The position numbers were made by a program, and so were the translations under genes. The notes beneath the pieces were generated by a model. It ran no database searches and was not told the origin of the DNA. It saw only the letters and a program-made list of their open reading frames with translations. Of a stretch of 64,000 nt of DNA, positions 29,838 to 40,245 are shown one piece after another (positions within the stretch are counted from its first letter, which is position 1; the number at the start of each line of letters is the position of its first letter). Source of the stretch: an uncultured Nitrospinaceae bacterium (GTDB lineage Bacteria > UBA8248); NCBI GenBank assembly GCA_964005815.1, contig CAXFSR010000049.1:366-64365 (forward strand), written 5' to 3'.

Positions 29838-30453
29838 TAGGAAACTCCATATTATCTATATTTTGTGATATTCCAAATTCTTTCAAAACCTTCAAAATCT
29901 CCTTTAAGGGGAATCCTATTACATTAGTGTAACTCCCATTTATCTTATCCACAAGGAAATATCCTTTCCCTTGGATAGCATATCCTCCAGCTTTATCTAA
30001 AGACTCATTTTCTGATATATATTGATTTATTTCAACAGAATTGAGTTTCCGAAATTTTACTTCTGTTACTACATTTTGAATTTTTTGAGTCTTAGAAGAC
30101 ATAACCGAAAACCCAGTAATCACGTGATGTCGTTCTCCTGATAAAGATTTAATCATGTTAAATGCATCTTCTAAATCTTTGGGCTTCCCTAAAATTTTTT
30201 CACCTTTCACAACAATCGTATCTGCTGCTAGTACAATACATTCAGGAAATATTTTAAGAATACTCGAAGCTTTTGCTTCAGCAATTTGCATTGCTAGTTC
30301 TTTTGAGTTGCCGGTCTTACAAAACCCTTCTTCAATAGACGAATCTGGAGGAACAACTTTAAATTCTATGTTTGTCTCTGTTAAAAGAGCAATTCTTCGA
30401 GGTGAACTTGAAGCTAACACCAATGAATCTTTTTTTTCAATATTGTTAATCAA
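29824..30453 (-). CDS. maf: Maf-like nucleoside triphosphate pyrophosphatase
   Basis: 209 aa. LVLASSSPRR...ADTIV is the Maf/Ham1 signature. Confidence 0.8.
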   Translation of the reverse strand: MINNIEKKDSLVLASSSPRRIALLTETNIEFKVVPPDSSIEEGFCKTGNSKELAMQIAEAKASSILKIFPECIVLAADTIVVKGEKILGKPKDLEDAFNMIKSLSGERHHVITGFSVMSSKTQKIQNVVTEVKFRKLNSVEINQYISENESLDKAGGYAIQGKGYFLVDKINGSYTNVIGFPLKEILKVLKEFGISQNIDNMEFPNASS

Positions 30454-30455
30454 AG

Positions 30456-31433
30456 TTAAAAATTTCTATCAACAACAAAATCAGCCAAATAAATAAGGGA
30501 CTCCAAGTATTCAGATTCTTTCATAATAGATAAAGATGATTTTGCTCTTTCTGCGTATTCTTTTGCCAAATTTCTTGTATAAGAAACTGATTCAAACTCT
30601 TCCATTAATCCAAGTACAAAACTTAAATCCTCTTCATGAAGTTCTTCCGATTCTAAAATAATTTTTTTAAGTCTTTCTTTACGAGTCTCGTCAATCCTAG
30701 ACAAGAGATGTAAGAGAGGTAGAGTTATATTACCATCAGTTAAATCGTTTCCAATCTTCTTTCCAGTCTTATTTTCATCGCCCATATAATCTAATGCATC
30801 ATCGATTAACTGAAATGAAAATCCTATATTCTTACCATAGGAATTAAGAGACTCAATGACACAATCAGGAGAATCGCTTAAAATTGCACCTAACTTACAA
30901 CTAGCAGCTATTAAAGCTGCAGTCTTTCTAAAAACAACTTTTAGATACTCCTCTTCTGTTATATCTGTATTATAAAGATTTATAAGCTGCAACACTTCGC
31001 CCTCAGAGAGTAGAGTACACGCCTCGGACATTGTTTTCATAATTCGAGTATCCTTTTCAGAGGACATAAGTTCAAAACTCTTTGCAAAAAGAAAATCACC
31101 CACTAGAACGCTTGCCTCATTCCCCCATTTTGAGTTTGCAGATGGATTTCCTCTTCTTACATCTGCATCGTCTACAACATCATCATGCAATAATGTCGCA
31201 GTATGAATAAACTCTACAACACAACTGTGTTTAATAGCTTTTTTCCCTCTATATCCACAGGCTCTAGATGAAAGAAGAAGTAGTAATGGACGTATTCTCT
31301 TTCCACCTGAGGAACTCAAATATTCACTGACATCAGGTATTAAAACTACATCAGAGTGGAAATTTTTCTTGATCTCTTTCTCAACTTCCTCTAGGTCAGA
31401 AGAAAGTGAATTTGTGATTTCTGAAAAAATCAA
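30456..31433 (-). CDS. ispB: polyprenyl (octaprenyl) diphosphate synthase
   Basis: 325 aa, trans-IPPS family with two DDxxD motifs (LLHDDVVDDADVRRG and FQLIDDALDY). Confidence 0.8.
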   Translation of the reverse strand: MIFSEITNSLSSDLEEVEKEIKKNFHSDVVLIPDVSEYLSSSGGKRIRPLLLLLSSRACGYRGKKAIKHSCVVEFIHTATLLHDDVVDDADVRRGNPSANSKWGNEASVLVGDFLFAKSFELMSSEKDTRIMKTMSEACTLLSEGEVLQLINLYNTDITEEEYLKVVFRKTAALIAASCKLGAILSDSPDCVIESLNSYGKNIGFSFQLIDDALDYMGDENKTGKKIGNDLTDGNITLPLLHLLSRIDETRKERLKKIILESEELHEEDLSFVLGLMEEFESVSYTRNLAKEYAERAKSSLSIMKESEYLESLIYLADFVVDRNF

Positions 31434-31615
31434 ATGAATGACCCTTCTTTAAAAAACAATCTATGGCATCGAAACCGTATGCTATCGTAGTAGTTTGTAT
31501 ATAATAAAAACAATTACAAAAAAAAAATTAACCCTATTGCCGAAAACAACGAAATATCATACTAAATTGTCTTATTAAATCATAAGGCATTAAAAGAAAG
31601 AATTATTTTATAGAG

Positions 31616-32851
31616 ATGAAAATGGAAACATTAGCAAAAGAAAAAAGTGAAAAATATAACTATGTATTGGTTCACTATAATGAAATAGGCATAAAAGGGA
31701 AAAATCGCTATAAATTTATTGACCTTCTCATCGACAGAATACGGAAATCATTAAATATATATGGCAAAATAATTGTAAAGAAAAAAACAGGCAGAATTTT
31801 AGTTGAATATGACTCAAAAATCTCATGGAATAAAATAGAAAAAAGCTTATCTACCTGCTTTGGTATCGCATATTTTTCTAAGACTTACAAAAGTCCGATA
31901 AATCTTCCATTAGTAAAAGATAAAATTTCAAAATTAATTTCTGACAAAGAAATACAGACTTTCAAAGTTCGAACAAGAAAAAGTTTTAAGAATATACCAA
32001 TAAGTACAAAAGAATGGGACAAAGAAATTGGGTCTCATGTCCAGTCAGAACGTCATTTGCCTGTTGAACTGAAAGAAGACAACTTTACAATTTATATTGA
32101 AGTAATTCCAAATGAAGTTTACATATATTTTAAAAAAATATCCGGTTCAGGTGGTCTTCCACAGGGAATAAGTGGTCATATGACTAGTCTTCTTTCGGGA
32201 GGAATTGATTCACCTGTAGCATCATGGAGAATGATGAAAAGAGGTTGCGAGGTAATATTCGTTCATTTTCATGGAGCTCCTTTTTTGAGCCGCGTTTCTG
32301 CAGAAAAAGCCTTAGACCTTGCAGAAATTTTGAACGAATACCAGATAAATAGTAAAGTTTATCTGGTTCCCTTTGGGGAACTTCAAAAACAAATTGTTCT
32401 TTCAACCAAGCCGGAACACAGGGTTATTCTATACCGTCGTTTCATGCTTCGTATTGCTGAGTTAATTTCTAACAAAGAAAAAGTGTCTTCTCTGATTACA
32501 GGTGAAAGTTTAGGTCAGGTTGCAAGTCAAACACTTTCCAATATTTCAACTATTCAAAATGCTGTAGAGATGCCAATTTTAAGACCTTTAATCGGTATGG
32601 ATAAAGAAGAAATAATAAAACAAGCAAAAAAAATTAACACTTTCGAAATTTCGATTGAACCTGATCAAGACTGTTGTACCTTATTCGTACCCAAACACCC
32701 CGCAGTCCGATCTAAACTCTTTGTTATTGAAAAAATCGAAAGTCAACTTCCGATAGAAGATATGATAAAAACAGTTCTTGAAAAAACTGAAATCTATATT
32801 CTAGAAAAAGGCAAAAAAAAGACTAAAATTCAACCAAATGAAATAGATTAA
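31616..32851 (+). CDS. thiI: tRNA 4-thiouridine(8) synthase
   Basis: 411 aa with a THUMP N-terminus and PP-loop SGGIDSPVA. Confidence 0.88.
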   Translation: MKMETLAKEKSEKYNYVLVHYNEIGIKGKNRYKFIDLLIDRIRKSLNIYGKIIVKKKTGRILVEYDSKISWNKIEKSLSTCFGIAYFSKTYKSPINLPLVKDKISKLISDKEIQTFKVRTRKSFKNIPISTKEWDKEIGSHVQSERHLPVELKEDNFTIYIEVIPNEVYIYFKKISGSGGLPQGISGHMTSLLSGGIDSPVASWRMMKRGCEVIFVHFHGAPFLSRVSAEKALDLAEILNEYQINSKVYLVPFGELQKQIVLSTKPEHRVILYRRFMLRIAELISNKEKVSSLITGESLGQVASQTLSNISTIQNAVEMPILRPLIGMDKEEIIKQAKKINTFEISIEPDQDCCTLFVPKHPAVRSKLFVIEKIESQLPIEDMIKTVLEKTEIYILEKGKKKTKIQPNEID

Positions 32852-33759
32852 TTCACATCAATTAGCTGTTTAAGAGCCTCTGCAGGCAAGGGTTCGCAAG
32901 ACATACAATTCTGTTTCGCTTGCTCTTCAGTTCTAATTCCAGGAATAACACAAGAAACATCAGGGTTAGAAACACAAAAACGTATTGCTGTCTCTGCAGG
33001 GGAAATACCTAATTGACTTGATATGTTTCTCAATTTATTTAATTTACTTTGAAATTTTCTTATATTGTCCGCACTTAAAATTCTACTTCTTCTATCTCCT
33101 TCAACAAATTCAAATGTTTCATCTATTCTTCCTGACAAAAAACCTCTCTTAAGTGGAACCCTTGAAATTATTCCAACATTCGCAGATTTTGCCCTAGAAA
33201 AAGCTTCTGTAGCTTCTTGGCTAATAATATTATATTCCATTTGTAAACAAGCAGCAGTCCCCTGCTCTGTTACATAATCACATTCTTCTTTTGTATTTAC
33301 AGAAACACCCCAATGAGCAATTTTTCCATCTTGTTTAGCTTTGTCCAGTAGAGCATAACTATCTTCTGCCATCATATTATCAATAGTTGGATTATGCAGT
33401 TGATAATAATCAATTCTATCGACACCCAACCTTTTCAGACTTGCTTCAAGGCAATTTCCTATATATTCAGGAGTATAGTTATATTCTCCTGTTACCATAT
33501 TGTTGCCACCCTTAGTAAAAACAAGAATATCTTCATTATCTTTTCTTTCTTTCAAAAATTTTCCTATCACAGACTCACTATGTCCTTGCCCATACGCGTC
33601 GGAAGTATCAATAAAATTCATTCCATTGTCTATAGATGCGTGAAGAGCACGATTACTCTCTGAATCATCTACAGGTCCGTAAATCTCCCCTATAGTCATA
33701 GCACCAAAACCTATAACCGTTACTTCCAAACCAGTTGATCCAAGAATACGCTTTTCCAT
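32848..33759 (-). CDS. aldo/keto reductase
   Basis: 303 aa AKR fold (IDTSDAYGQGHSE). Its stop overlaps the thiI stop on the opposite strand. Confidence 0.8.
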   Translation of the reverse strand: MEKRILGSTGLEVTVIGFGAMTIGEIYGPVDDSESNRALHASIDNGMNFIDTSDAYGQGHSESVIGKFLKERKDNEDILVFTKGGNNMVTGEYNYTPEYIGNCLEASLKRLGVDRIDYYQLHNPTIDNMMAEDSYALLDKAKQDGKIAHWGVSVNTKEECDYVTEQGTAACLQMEYNIISQEATEAFSRAKSANVGIISRVPLKRGFLSGRIDETFEFVEGDRRSRILSADNIRKFQSKLNKLRNISSQLGISPAETAIRFCVSNPDVSCVIPGIRTEEQAKQNCMSCEPLPAEALKQLIDVN

Positions 33760-34003
33760 CTCTTCCCTCCAAAGAAATACGGTTAATTGTAAAGATAGAC
33801 TGTAAAGGCAAGTTTTTTACACTAATTTACTCTATAGTATAAAAAATCACACAAAACACCAATAATTGAAATATTTTAATTTCAAAAATAGATAGGAAAA
33901 TTTCTATTTTATTATATTGATTCAATTTAGCTTTTTAACAATATCAGATACTATTTTTAATACCTAATAAAAACAGCCTAATAGACAAAAGGGGATAAAA
34001 CTC

Positions 34004-34429
34004 ATGCCTTACTATAATTTATATGGAATGGAGAAATTGAGAGAAAGTGAAACTCCTCTTGCCGAAATACAAAAAGTAAAAGGAGAATTTATGAAAACGG
34101 GTCTTGTCACTTACAATCAAGGTGGACACCCACGACCCCATTTCCATCCAAACGAAGAACAATTTGTTTTTATATTAGAGGGAAAAAGATATTCGATTCT
34201 AGGAGATGAAGAAAAAGTTGTAGGTCCAGGCGACCTGCTACACATCCCAAGAAATACTCGTCATTGTGCTATTACTCTAGATGAAAAATGTGTTGCATAC
34301 GTTACTAAAAGTCCAGCTGGCACAGGTCATCTTGCTCAAGATTATAACGAATCTGACGATGCGGATGAGGTAGAAAAAAGGCTCCAAGAAAAACTTGAAG
34401 AATATAAGAAAACTGGGACTATAAAGTAA
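34004..34429 (+). CDS. cupin-domain protein
   Basis: 141 aa with cupin His motifs (HPRPHFHPNEEQFVFILEG...H). Good SD (AAGGGGA) upstream. Confidence 0.65.
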   Translation: MPYYNLYGMEKLRESETPLAEIQKVKGEFMKTGLVTYNQGGHPRPHFHPNEEQFVFILEGKRYSILGDEEKVVGPGDLLHIPRNTRHCAITLDEKCVAYVTKSPAGTGHLAQDYNESDDADEVEKRLQEKLEEYKKTGTIK

Positions 34430-34455
34430 AAAACTATTTATATTGAAAGGGAAAA

Positions 34456-36102
34456 ATGAACTCTAATTTCATTCCAAACGATCCGGAAAGAGTCCGAAAT
34501 ATTTATCCATCAGTAACTCCTCAATGGCCTTTCAATCAACCCCCAAAGACCAGAGAAAGTTCTCAGCCCATATACAATATTCAATCTGATACAAACTTAA
34601 AAATTATGATGAGAGATGGCGTAAGAATAGCAGCAGATGTTTTCAGACCTAGTTCGAGTGGTCAAAAATTTCCCGCACTATTAGCAATTTCACCATATAC
34701 TAAAGGGCTTCAATCTACGAACGTTCCGATTGCCCAAAACGAAGCAGGAATAACTGAGTTTTGGGTTCCAAGGGGCTATGCACATATAATTATTGACTCA
34801 AGAGGAACAAATGACTCAGAGGGAAAATTCGATAACAGAGGAGAAATAGAACAACAAGACTTTGTAGAATTAATATATTGGGCTGCAAATCAATCCTGGT
34901 GTGATGGAACCGTTGGGATGGTAGGTTGCTCTTATTTTTCTTTAGTTCAACTTTTATCTGCAAAACACCAACCCGAACCACTAAAAGCAATCTTTCCTTA
35001 TGATGCATGGACAGATAGATACAGACACCTTTTTTATCCTGGAGGAATACCTCAAACCGGATATATGTGGATGTGGTTTTCTGCAATGTCAAACCTACAT
35101 TTTAACAGTGGGAGATCAAATGATTTATCAGGTCTAATAGAAATGATGGAAGAAGGCATGGGATTTGAAAATCCATTTGATGGAGAATTTCATTGGAAAT
35201 CTTCACCTCAACCTTTTTTAAAACAAATTAAAATCCCGACATATTTAGGTTCTGACTGGTCATTTTACTGGGATCATCTACCTGGAGTCTTTGCTGGGTG
35301 GGAAGAAATTCAAGATCCACCCAAAAGAATGCTAGTAGGTCCTAAACCTTCACCTTGGAGACCTTTTGCCGCATATCACCAAGAAACTTTACGTTGGTAT
35401 GATCAATGGCTTAAAGGAATGGATACGGGTGTTATGGATGGACCACCCATACAGCTTTTTATTCAAGGAACAAACAAATGGAGAGGAGAAAACGAGTGGC
35501 CTCTTAACAGAACAGAATGGAAAAAATTATATCTTGGAGGTCCTGATTCTGGATTAGAAGGAACCTTAACTGATTCAGAACAAAGTCAATCAGAAAGATC
35601 GTACATAAATGACCCTTTATCATCTGAGTGGCGTTACGGACATCCTAGACTTATTTACAGAACAGAAGCATTATCTGAACCTATAGAAATCACAGGTCCT
35701 TTATCTCTTCATTTAGTAGCTCATTCAAGCGCAGAAGACGTAGATTGGATTGTTTATCTATTCGATGAATCTCCAGAGGGTACGGCCCGTTTATTAACAA
35801 GAGGTTGTCTACGTGCTTCTCACAGAGAAGTAGATGCCTCTAAATCAAAACCGGGAAGACCTTGGCATCCCCACGATAGAAAAATACTCCTCATACCCAA
35901 TCAGACAGAAATTTTTGAGATTGAGATAGTTCCAACCTCCAATATTTTTCTTAAAGATCACCGAATTCGACTAGAAATTTGTAGTTGTACCTCAGCTGTT
36001 AAACGTGTCGCATATTTAGACACCTTAGCAGTAAAAGCAAAAAATACTGTTATAGAAGGACAAAATGGTTCATACTTATTTTATTCTTCGATTCCTTCTT
36101 GA
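34456..36102 (+). CDS. CocE/NonD-family alpha/beta hydrolase (X-Pro dipeptidyl-peptidase S15-like)
   Basis: 548 aa. MRDGVRIAADVFRP...LLAISPY followed by a serine hydrolase core and a C-terminal beta-sandwich. A paralog lies at 57836-59461. Confidence 0.8.
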   Translation: MNSNFIPNDPERVRNIYPSVTPQWPFNQPPKTRESSQPIYNIQSDTNLKIMMRDGVRIAADVFRPSSSGQKFPALLAISPYTKGLQSTNVPIAQNEAGITEFWVPRGYAHIIIDSRGTNDSEGKFDNRGEIEQQDFVELIYWAANQSWCDGTVGMVGCSYFSLVQLLSAKHQPEPLKAIFPYDAWTDRYRHLFYPGGIPQTGYMWMWFSAMSNLHFNSGRSNDLSGLIEMMEEGMGFENPFDGEFHWKSSPQPFLKQIKIPTYLGSDWSFYWDHLPGVFAGWEEIQDPPKRMLVGPKPSPWRPFAAYHQETLRWYDQWLKGMDTGVMDGPPIQLFIQGTNKWRGENEWPLNRTEWKKLYLGGPDSGLEGTLTDSEQSQSERSYINDPLSSEWRYGHPRLIYRTEALSEPIEITGPLSLHLVAHSSAEDVDWIVYLFDESPEGTARLLTRGCLRASHREVDASKSKPGRPWHPHDRKILLIPNQTEIFEIEIVPTSNIFLKDHRIRLEICSCTSAVKRVAYLDTLAVKAKNTVIEGQNGSYLFYSSIPS

Positions 36103-36111
36103 GGTTTTAAA

Positions 36112-37434
36112 ATGGAAGAAATTAAAAAAATAGCTTTAGAATTTATTGAAAGTCAAAAAGGAGAGGCAAAACAGATTTCTCGTGAGATTTGGAATTTTGC
36201 AGAAATAGCTCTAGAGGAATTCAAAAGTTCCGAATTACTTGTTGAGATCCTTCAGCAATACGGATTTGACGTACAATACGGAATTGGGGATCTTCCAACT
36301 GCTTTTATTGCAACTTGGGGAGATTCTGGTCCAACTATTGGTATTTTAGGCGAATATGATGCACTCCCTCACTGCGGAAACCAACATGACAAAAATGGAC
36401 ACGGCTGTGGACACAATTTGTTTGGAACTGCGTGTGTTTACGCCGCAATTTCTATATCTAAAGCACTAGAAAGAACTAAAACACCAGGTAAAGTTGTTTG
36501 CTTTGGATGCCCCGCAGAAGAAACTCTAGAAGGAAAAGTCTATATGGCTCGTGATGGTGCATTTGAAGGATTAGACGCAGTACTAACATGGCATCCTCAT
36601 TGGGCAAACTATGCTAGGGGTGGAAGTTCAAATGCAATGGACTCAATGGTTTTCGAATTTCATGGGAAAAGTTCGCATGCTGCAAGAGACCCATGGAATG
36701 GCAGAAGTGCATTAGATGGAATAGAAATCATGAACTACGGTGTCAATATGATGCGTGAACATATTATTGAAGAAGCAAGAATTCACTATGTAATAAGGGA
36801 TGGAGGAGTCCAGCCAAATGTAGTTCCTTCGTATTCACGAGTTTGGTATTACGTAAGAGCACCGAAACGCTCAATAGTAGATGAACTAAGTAGAAGGGTA
36901 CGTCAATGCGCCCAAGCTGGCGCTATAGCTTCTGAAACAGAATTTAAGGAAACTCTTTTGACGGGAGTGTATGAAACTTTACCTAATTTAGCTCTTGCTA
37001 ACTGTATACAAAGAAATCTTGAATTGGTAGGAGGACATAAATACAACAATGAAGAAAAAGATTTTGCCAAGGAATTAGGTTTCGAAGATCCCCTATTTGA
37101 AGAAATTCTTCCTTTAAATTTAGAGCATACTCGTCCTAGTAATGAACGTGGCAATGTGAGCTGGCTTGCACCTCTTGGAAGTTTTTACACTGCATGCCAC
37201 GCACCAGGAACCCCCGGTCATCATTGGCTAGCCACCCAGCAATATGGAATGGAAATAGGAGAAAAAGGAATGGAAACCGCTGCAAAAACAATCGCCACAT
37301 CTGCTTTAGAACTTATTTGCAATCCTGATGTTCTTAGTGAAGTTCAAAAAGAATTTAAAGAAAAAACAAAAGAATTTGTATATGACCCATTAGTACCAAA
37401 GGGACAAAAACCCAATCCTCTAGGGATCAGATAG
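36112..37434 (+). CDS. M20-family amidohydrolase (AbgB/hippurate hydrolase-like)
   Basis: 440 aa with an M20D metal-binding His/Asp/Glu pattern (GHGCGHNL...). Confidence 0.8.
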   Translation: MEEIKKIALEFIESQKGEAKQISREIWNFAEIALEEFKSSELLVEILQQYGFDVQYGIGDLPTAFIATWGDSGPTIGILGEYDALPHCGNQHDKNGHGCGHNLFGTACVYAAISISKALERTKTPGKVVCFGCPAEETLEGKVYMARDGAFEGLDAVLTWHPHWANYARGGSSNAMDSMVFEFHGKSSHAARDPWNGRSALDGIEIMNYGVNMMREHIIEEARIHYVIRDGGVQPNVVPSYSRVWYYVRAPKRSIVDELSRRVRQCAQAGAIASETEFKETLLTGVYETLPNLALANCIQRNLELVGGHKYNNEEKDFAKELGFEDPLFEEILPLNLEHTRPSNERGNVSWLAPLGSFYTACHAPGTPGHHWLATQQYGMEIGEKGMETAAKTIATSALELICNPDVLSEVQKEFKEKTKEFVYDPLVPKGQKPNPLGIR

Positions 37435-37451
37435 ACATTTTGAAAAAAACA

Positions 37452-37937
37452 TTAATGACATCCGCCTGTGATCCCACGCTTTAGAAAATAACTCTGATGA
37501 TATTCTTCAGCAGGCCAAAAAGTAGTCGCTCTAGTTATCTCTGTTACAATTGGGTTAGAAAATTTTCCTGAATTATTCCATTTTTCGCGAGAAATTTGCG
37601 CTAATTTCTCTTCATCAACCTCAGCAAAAAAGATAGCTGAGCGATATTGTTCTCCTATGTCAGGTCCTTGCCTATTTAACGTTGTAGGATCATGTAAATT
37701 CCAAAAACAATCTAGTAACTCTTCATAAGTAATTATAGTAGGATCAAATTCAACCCTAACAGCCTCTGCATGACCTGTACTTGAATAACACACTTCTTCG
37801 TATGTCGGATTTTCTTTACTCCCACCAATATATCCTACAGAAGTCTTTAAAACTCCATTTAAACTTTGAAAAGTAGACTCTACTCCCCAAAAACAACCAG
37901 CAGCAAAAATAGCAACAGACAATTTCAAAACCTCCAA
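37452..37937 (-). CDS. msrA: peptide methionine-S-sulfoxide reductase
   Basis: 161 aa. The GCFWGVE active-site motif is present. Confidence 0.88.
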   Translation of the reverse strand: MEVLKLSVAIFAAGCFWGVESTFQSLNGVLKTSVGYIGGSKENPTYEEVCYSSTGHAEAVRVEFDPTIITYEELLDCFWNLHDPTTLNRQGPDIGEQYRSAIFFAEVDEEKLAQISREKWNNSGKFSNPIVTEITRATTFWPAEEYHQSYFLKRGITGGCH

Positions 37938-37957
37938 TTAAATTATTTTTTTGAAAA

Positions 37958-39049
37958 TTAAAGGTTAACCGTTATTTTTCTTTCTTTTCCTTCCACTACT
38001 TCTCCTATTATAGACGAACAAGAAGAACCAGTAGAAATCAATTTTTGTATCATCTCCTCAGACCTTGAAGGTTCTACAGCAATTATCAAACCTCCAGAAG
38101 TTTGAGCATCGTTCAGAACGGCAATCATATTTTGGTCTAATTTATCTGAATAAGAAACAAAAGAACTAGTCCACTCTCTATTTCTTTCTCCACCTCCAGC
38201 TGTACCTTGAATAGCGTGAGATAAAACTCCTTCAAAAAGAGGTATATCTGAAAATGAAATCTCAGCATCTAATCCACTTGCATCAAGTATATTGTGAAGG
38301 TGTCCTAAAAGTCCAAAACCAGTTACGTCGGTACAAGCATTGACTGGAAATTTCAACATAACTTCGCTAGCGGTTTTGTTAAGAGTTTTCATTGAATTAA
38401 TAGATTCCTCAAAAACACCTTCCTTTAATTTGTTATTTTTAGATTTAAGCACTCTTGAAATTTTTTTTATAGGACTAGTACTTTTGTTGAGATTCGTAAT
38501 TATTCCCGTTCCTATTTTCTTTGTCAAAATCAATTTGTCTCCAGGTTTCGCCCCGCTATTTAAAATCATATCTTTAGGCTCTATAACCCCAGTTACAGCA
38601 ATCCCGTACTTTGGTTCTTGATCATCTACACTATGACCACCTAAGATAACAGCCCCTGATTCGCGAACTTTCTCGGCTCCTCCGGAAAGGATCAAGCTTA
38701 ATATATCCATTCCCAAATTACACGGGAAAGACACTAAACTCAGAGCAGTAACCGGTCTAGCTCCTATCGTATAACAGTCACTAAGAGCATTTGCAGCAGC
38801 GATCTGTCCAAAATCAAAGGGGTCATCAACAATTGGAGTGAAAAAATCTACAGTCTGAACAATTGCCAAGTCTTCTCTTAATTTGTATACACCAGTGTCA
38901 TCACAAGGATTTGTCCCATAAATTAAATTTGGATCTACAAATGGTTCAAATCCTGACAGGGCTTTTCTGAGGTCCTCCGGACCAATTTTTGAACCTCAAC
39001 CACCCGCTTTAACCATACTCGTCAAAAAAACTTTTTTTTCATTCTTCAT
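37958..39049 (-). CDS. selD: selenide, water dikinase (selenophosphate synthetase) with in-frame UGA selenocysteine
   Basis: The ORF track's TTG start at 38869 is internal. The same frame stays open upstream through a TGA (38996-38998 on the minus strand) to an ATG at 39047-39049. This gives MKNEKKVFLTSMVKAGG-U-GSKIGPEDLRKAL...FVDPNL..., which aligns residue-for-residue with E. coli SelD (HGAGC17GCKISPKVLETIL...FVDPNL). The UGA sits exactly at the Cys17 position. Confidence 0.85.
38941..38995 (-). promoter_or_regulatory. candidate SECIS stem-loop immediately 3' of the selD UGA
   Basis: mRNA after the UGA reads GGUUCAAAAAUUGGUCCGGAGGACCUCAGAAAAGCCCUGUCAGGAUUUGAACC. It has an apical GGUCC-GGA-GGACC hairpin starting 13 nt after the UGA. 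The outer arms GGUUCAAA and UUUGAACC are also complementary. Confidence 0.5.
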
Positions 39050-39232
39050 TAAATTAATCCCAAAAAAACATATACAAAAATATATTTTTATTATCGTAGA
39101 AAGGAAGCGATTAGAAAACCACAAAAATTAAATACCATTCTATTTGCAAAAAAAAATCAAAAGAAATGTTTTTTTTTATTTAATCTTAGTAAAATCTATT
39201 TTGGAATTTTTCATATAAACAAGGCAAAAAAA

Positions 39233-40201
39233 ATGAAAATTATCATATCTGACGATTATCAAAGAGCAATCGAATCTTTAGAATGTTTTCATAAAATTGC
39301 ACATCACGATGTAGTCATTCATAACAATACTGTTTTTGAAACTGAAGATTTAGTTAAAAGATTTTATGAAGCAGAAGGAATTGTTCTCATAAGACAACGC
39401 ACAAAGATTAATGAAGAACTTCTATCAAAACTCCCAAACTTGAAAATTATCAGTGCAACTGGAGCGAATTATGCTGGTCACATAGATGTAGAAGCTTGTT
39501 CAAAATATAACGTAGCAGTTGCTGCAGGCGGAAGCGGAACACGTTCAACTTGTGAACTAGCCTGGGGACTGATAATTTCGAGCATGCGCTCTATTCCCAA
39601 AGAAGTTTCAAGCTTAAAAAATGGTGGATGGCAAAGTTCACTTGGTGAAGATTTAAATGGAAAAACAATCGGTATATATGCTTACGGAAAAATAGGAAGA
39701 CAAATGGCACAAATTGCAAATGCATTTAATATGAATGTTCTGATTTGGGGCAGAGAATCATCAATGGAAAAAGCACAAGAAGATGGATTCAACTTTGCAA
39801 AAAATAGAGAATATTTTTTTTCTACCTCAGATATTATAAGTATTCACCTGCCTTTAAAAAAAGAGACCGAAGGGATTATAACTTCAGAGGATCTTGCTCT
39901 CATGAAAACGAACTCTGTTTTCGTAAATACAAGTCGTGCAAAAATCATAAAATCAGGAGATTTAGAAAAAGCGCTCCTTGAAGGCAGGCCTGGATTTGCA
40001 TGTGTCGATGTTTATGAAAAAGAACCAATCTACAATTCGCAAAATTCATTTATCCAAATGAAAAATACATTATGTACCCCTCACTTAGGATATGTTACTA
40101 GAGGAACATATGAAAAATATTTTGGACTTGCTTTTGATCAAATAAACTCTTTTTGTGAAGGAAAACCGATTAATCTGGTAAACCCAGAAATTTTAAAATA
40201 G
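39233..40201 (+). CDS. D-isomer-specific 2-hydroxyacid dehydrogenase (NAD-binding)
   Basis: 322 aa. Rossmann GxGxxG (IGIYAYGKIGRQ) and the catalytic R/E/H pattern of the D-2-HADH family. Confidence 0.8.
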   Translation: MKIIISDDYQRAIESLECFHKIAHHDVVIHNNTVFETEDLVKRFYEAEGIVLIRQRTKINEELLSKLPNLKIISATGANYAGHIDVEACSKYNVAVAAGGSGTRSTCELAWGLIISSMRSIPKEVSSLKNGGWQSSLGEDLNGKTIGIYAYGKIGRQMAQIANAFNMNVLIWGRESSMEKAQEDGFNFAKNREYFFSTSDIISIHLPLKKETEGIITSEDLALMKTNSVFVNTSRAKIIKSGDLEKALLEGRPGFACVDVYEKEPIYNSQNSFIQMKNTLCTPHLGYVTRGTYEKYFGLAFDQINSFCEGKPINLVNPEILK

Positions 40202-40245
40202 AATTAATATGAAAATATTTTCAATTTAACAGATAGGGGATCACC

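Noticed and set aside
31434-31615. 182-bp intergenic region upstream of thiI, and the 244-bp region 33760-34003, examined for tRNA or small RNA genes.
   Set aside because: They are extremely AT-rich with no cloverleaf-compatible GC stems or conserved T-loop/D-loop motifs. They are more likely promoter regions.
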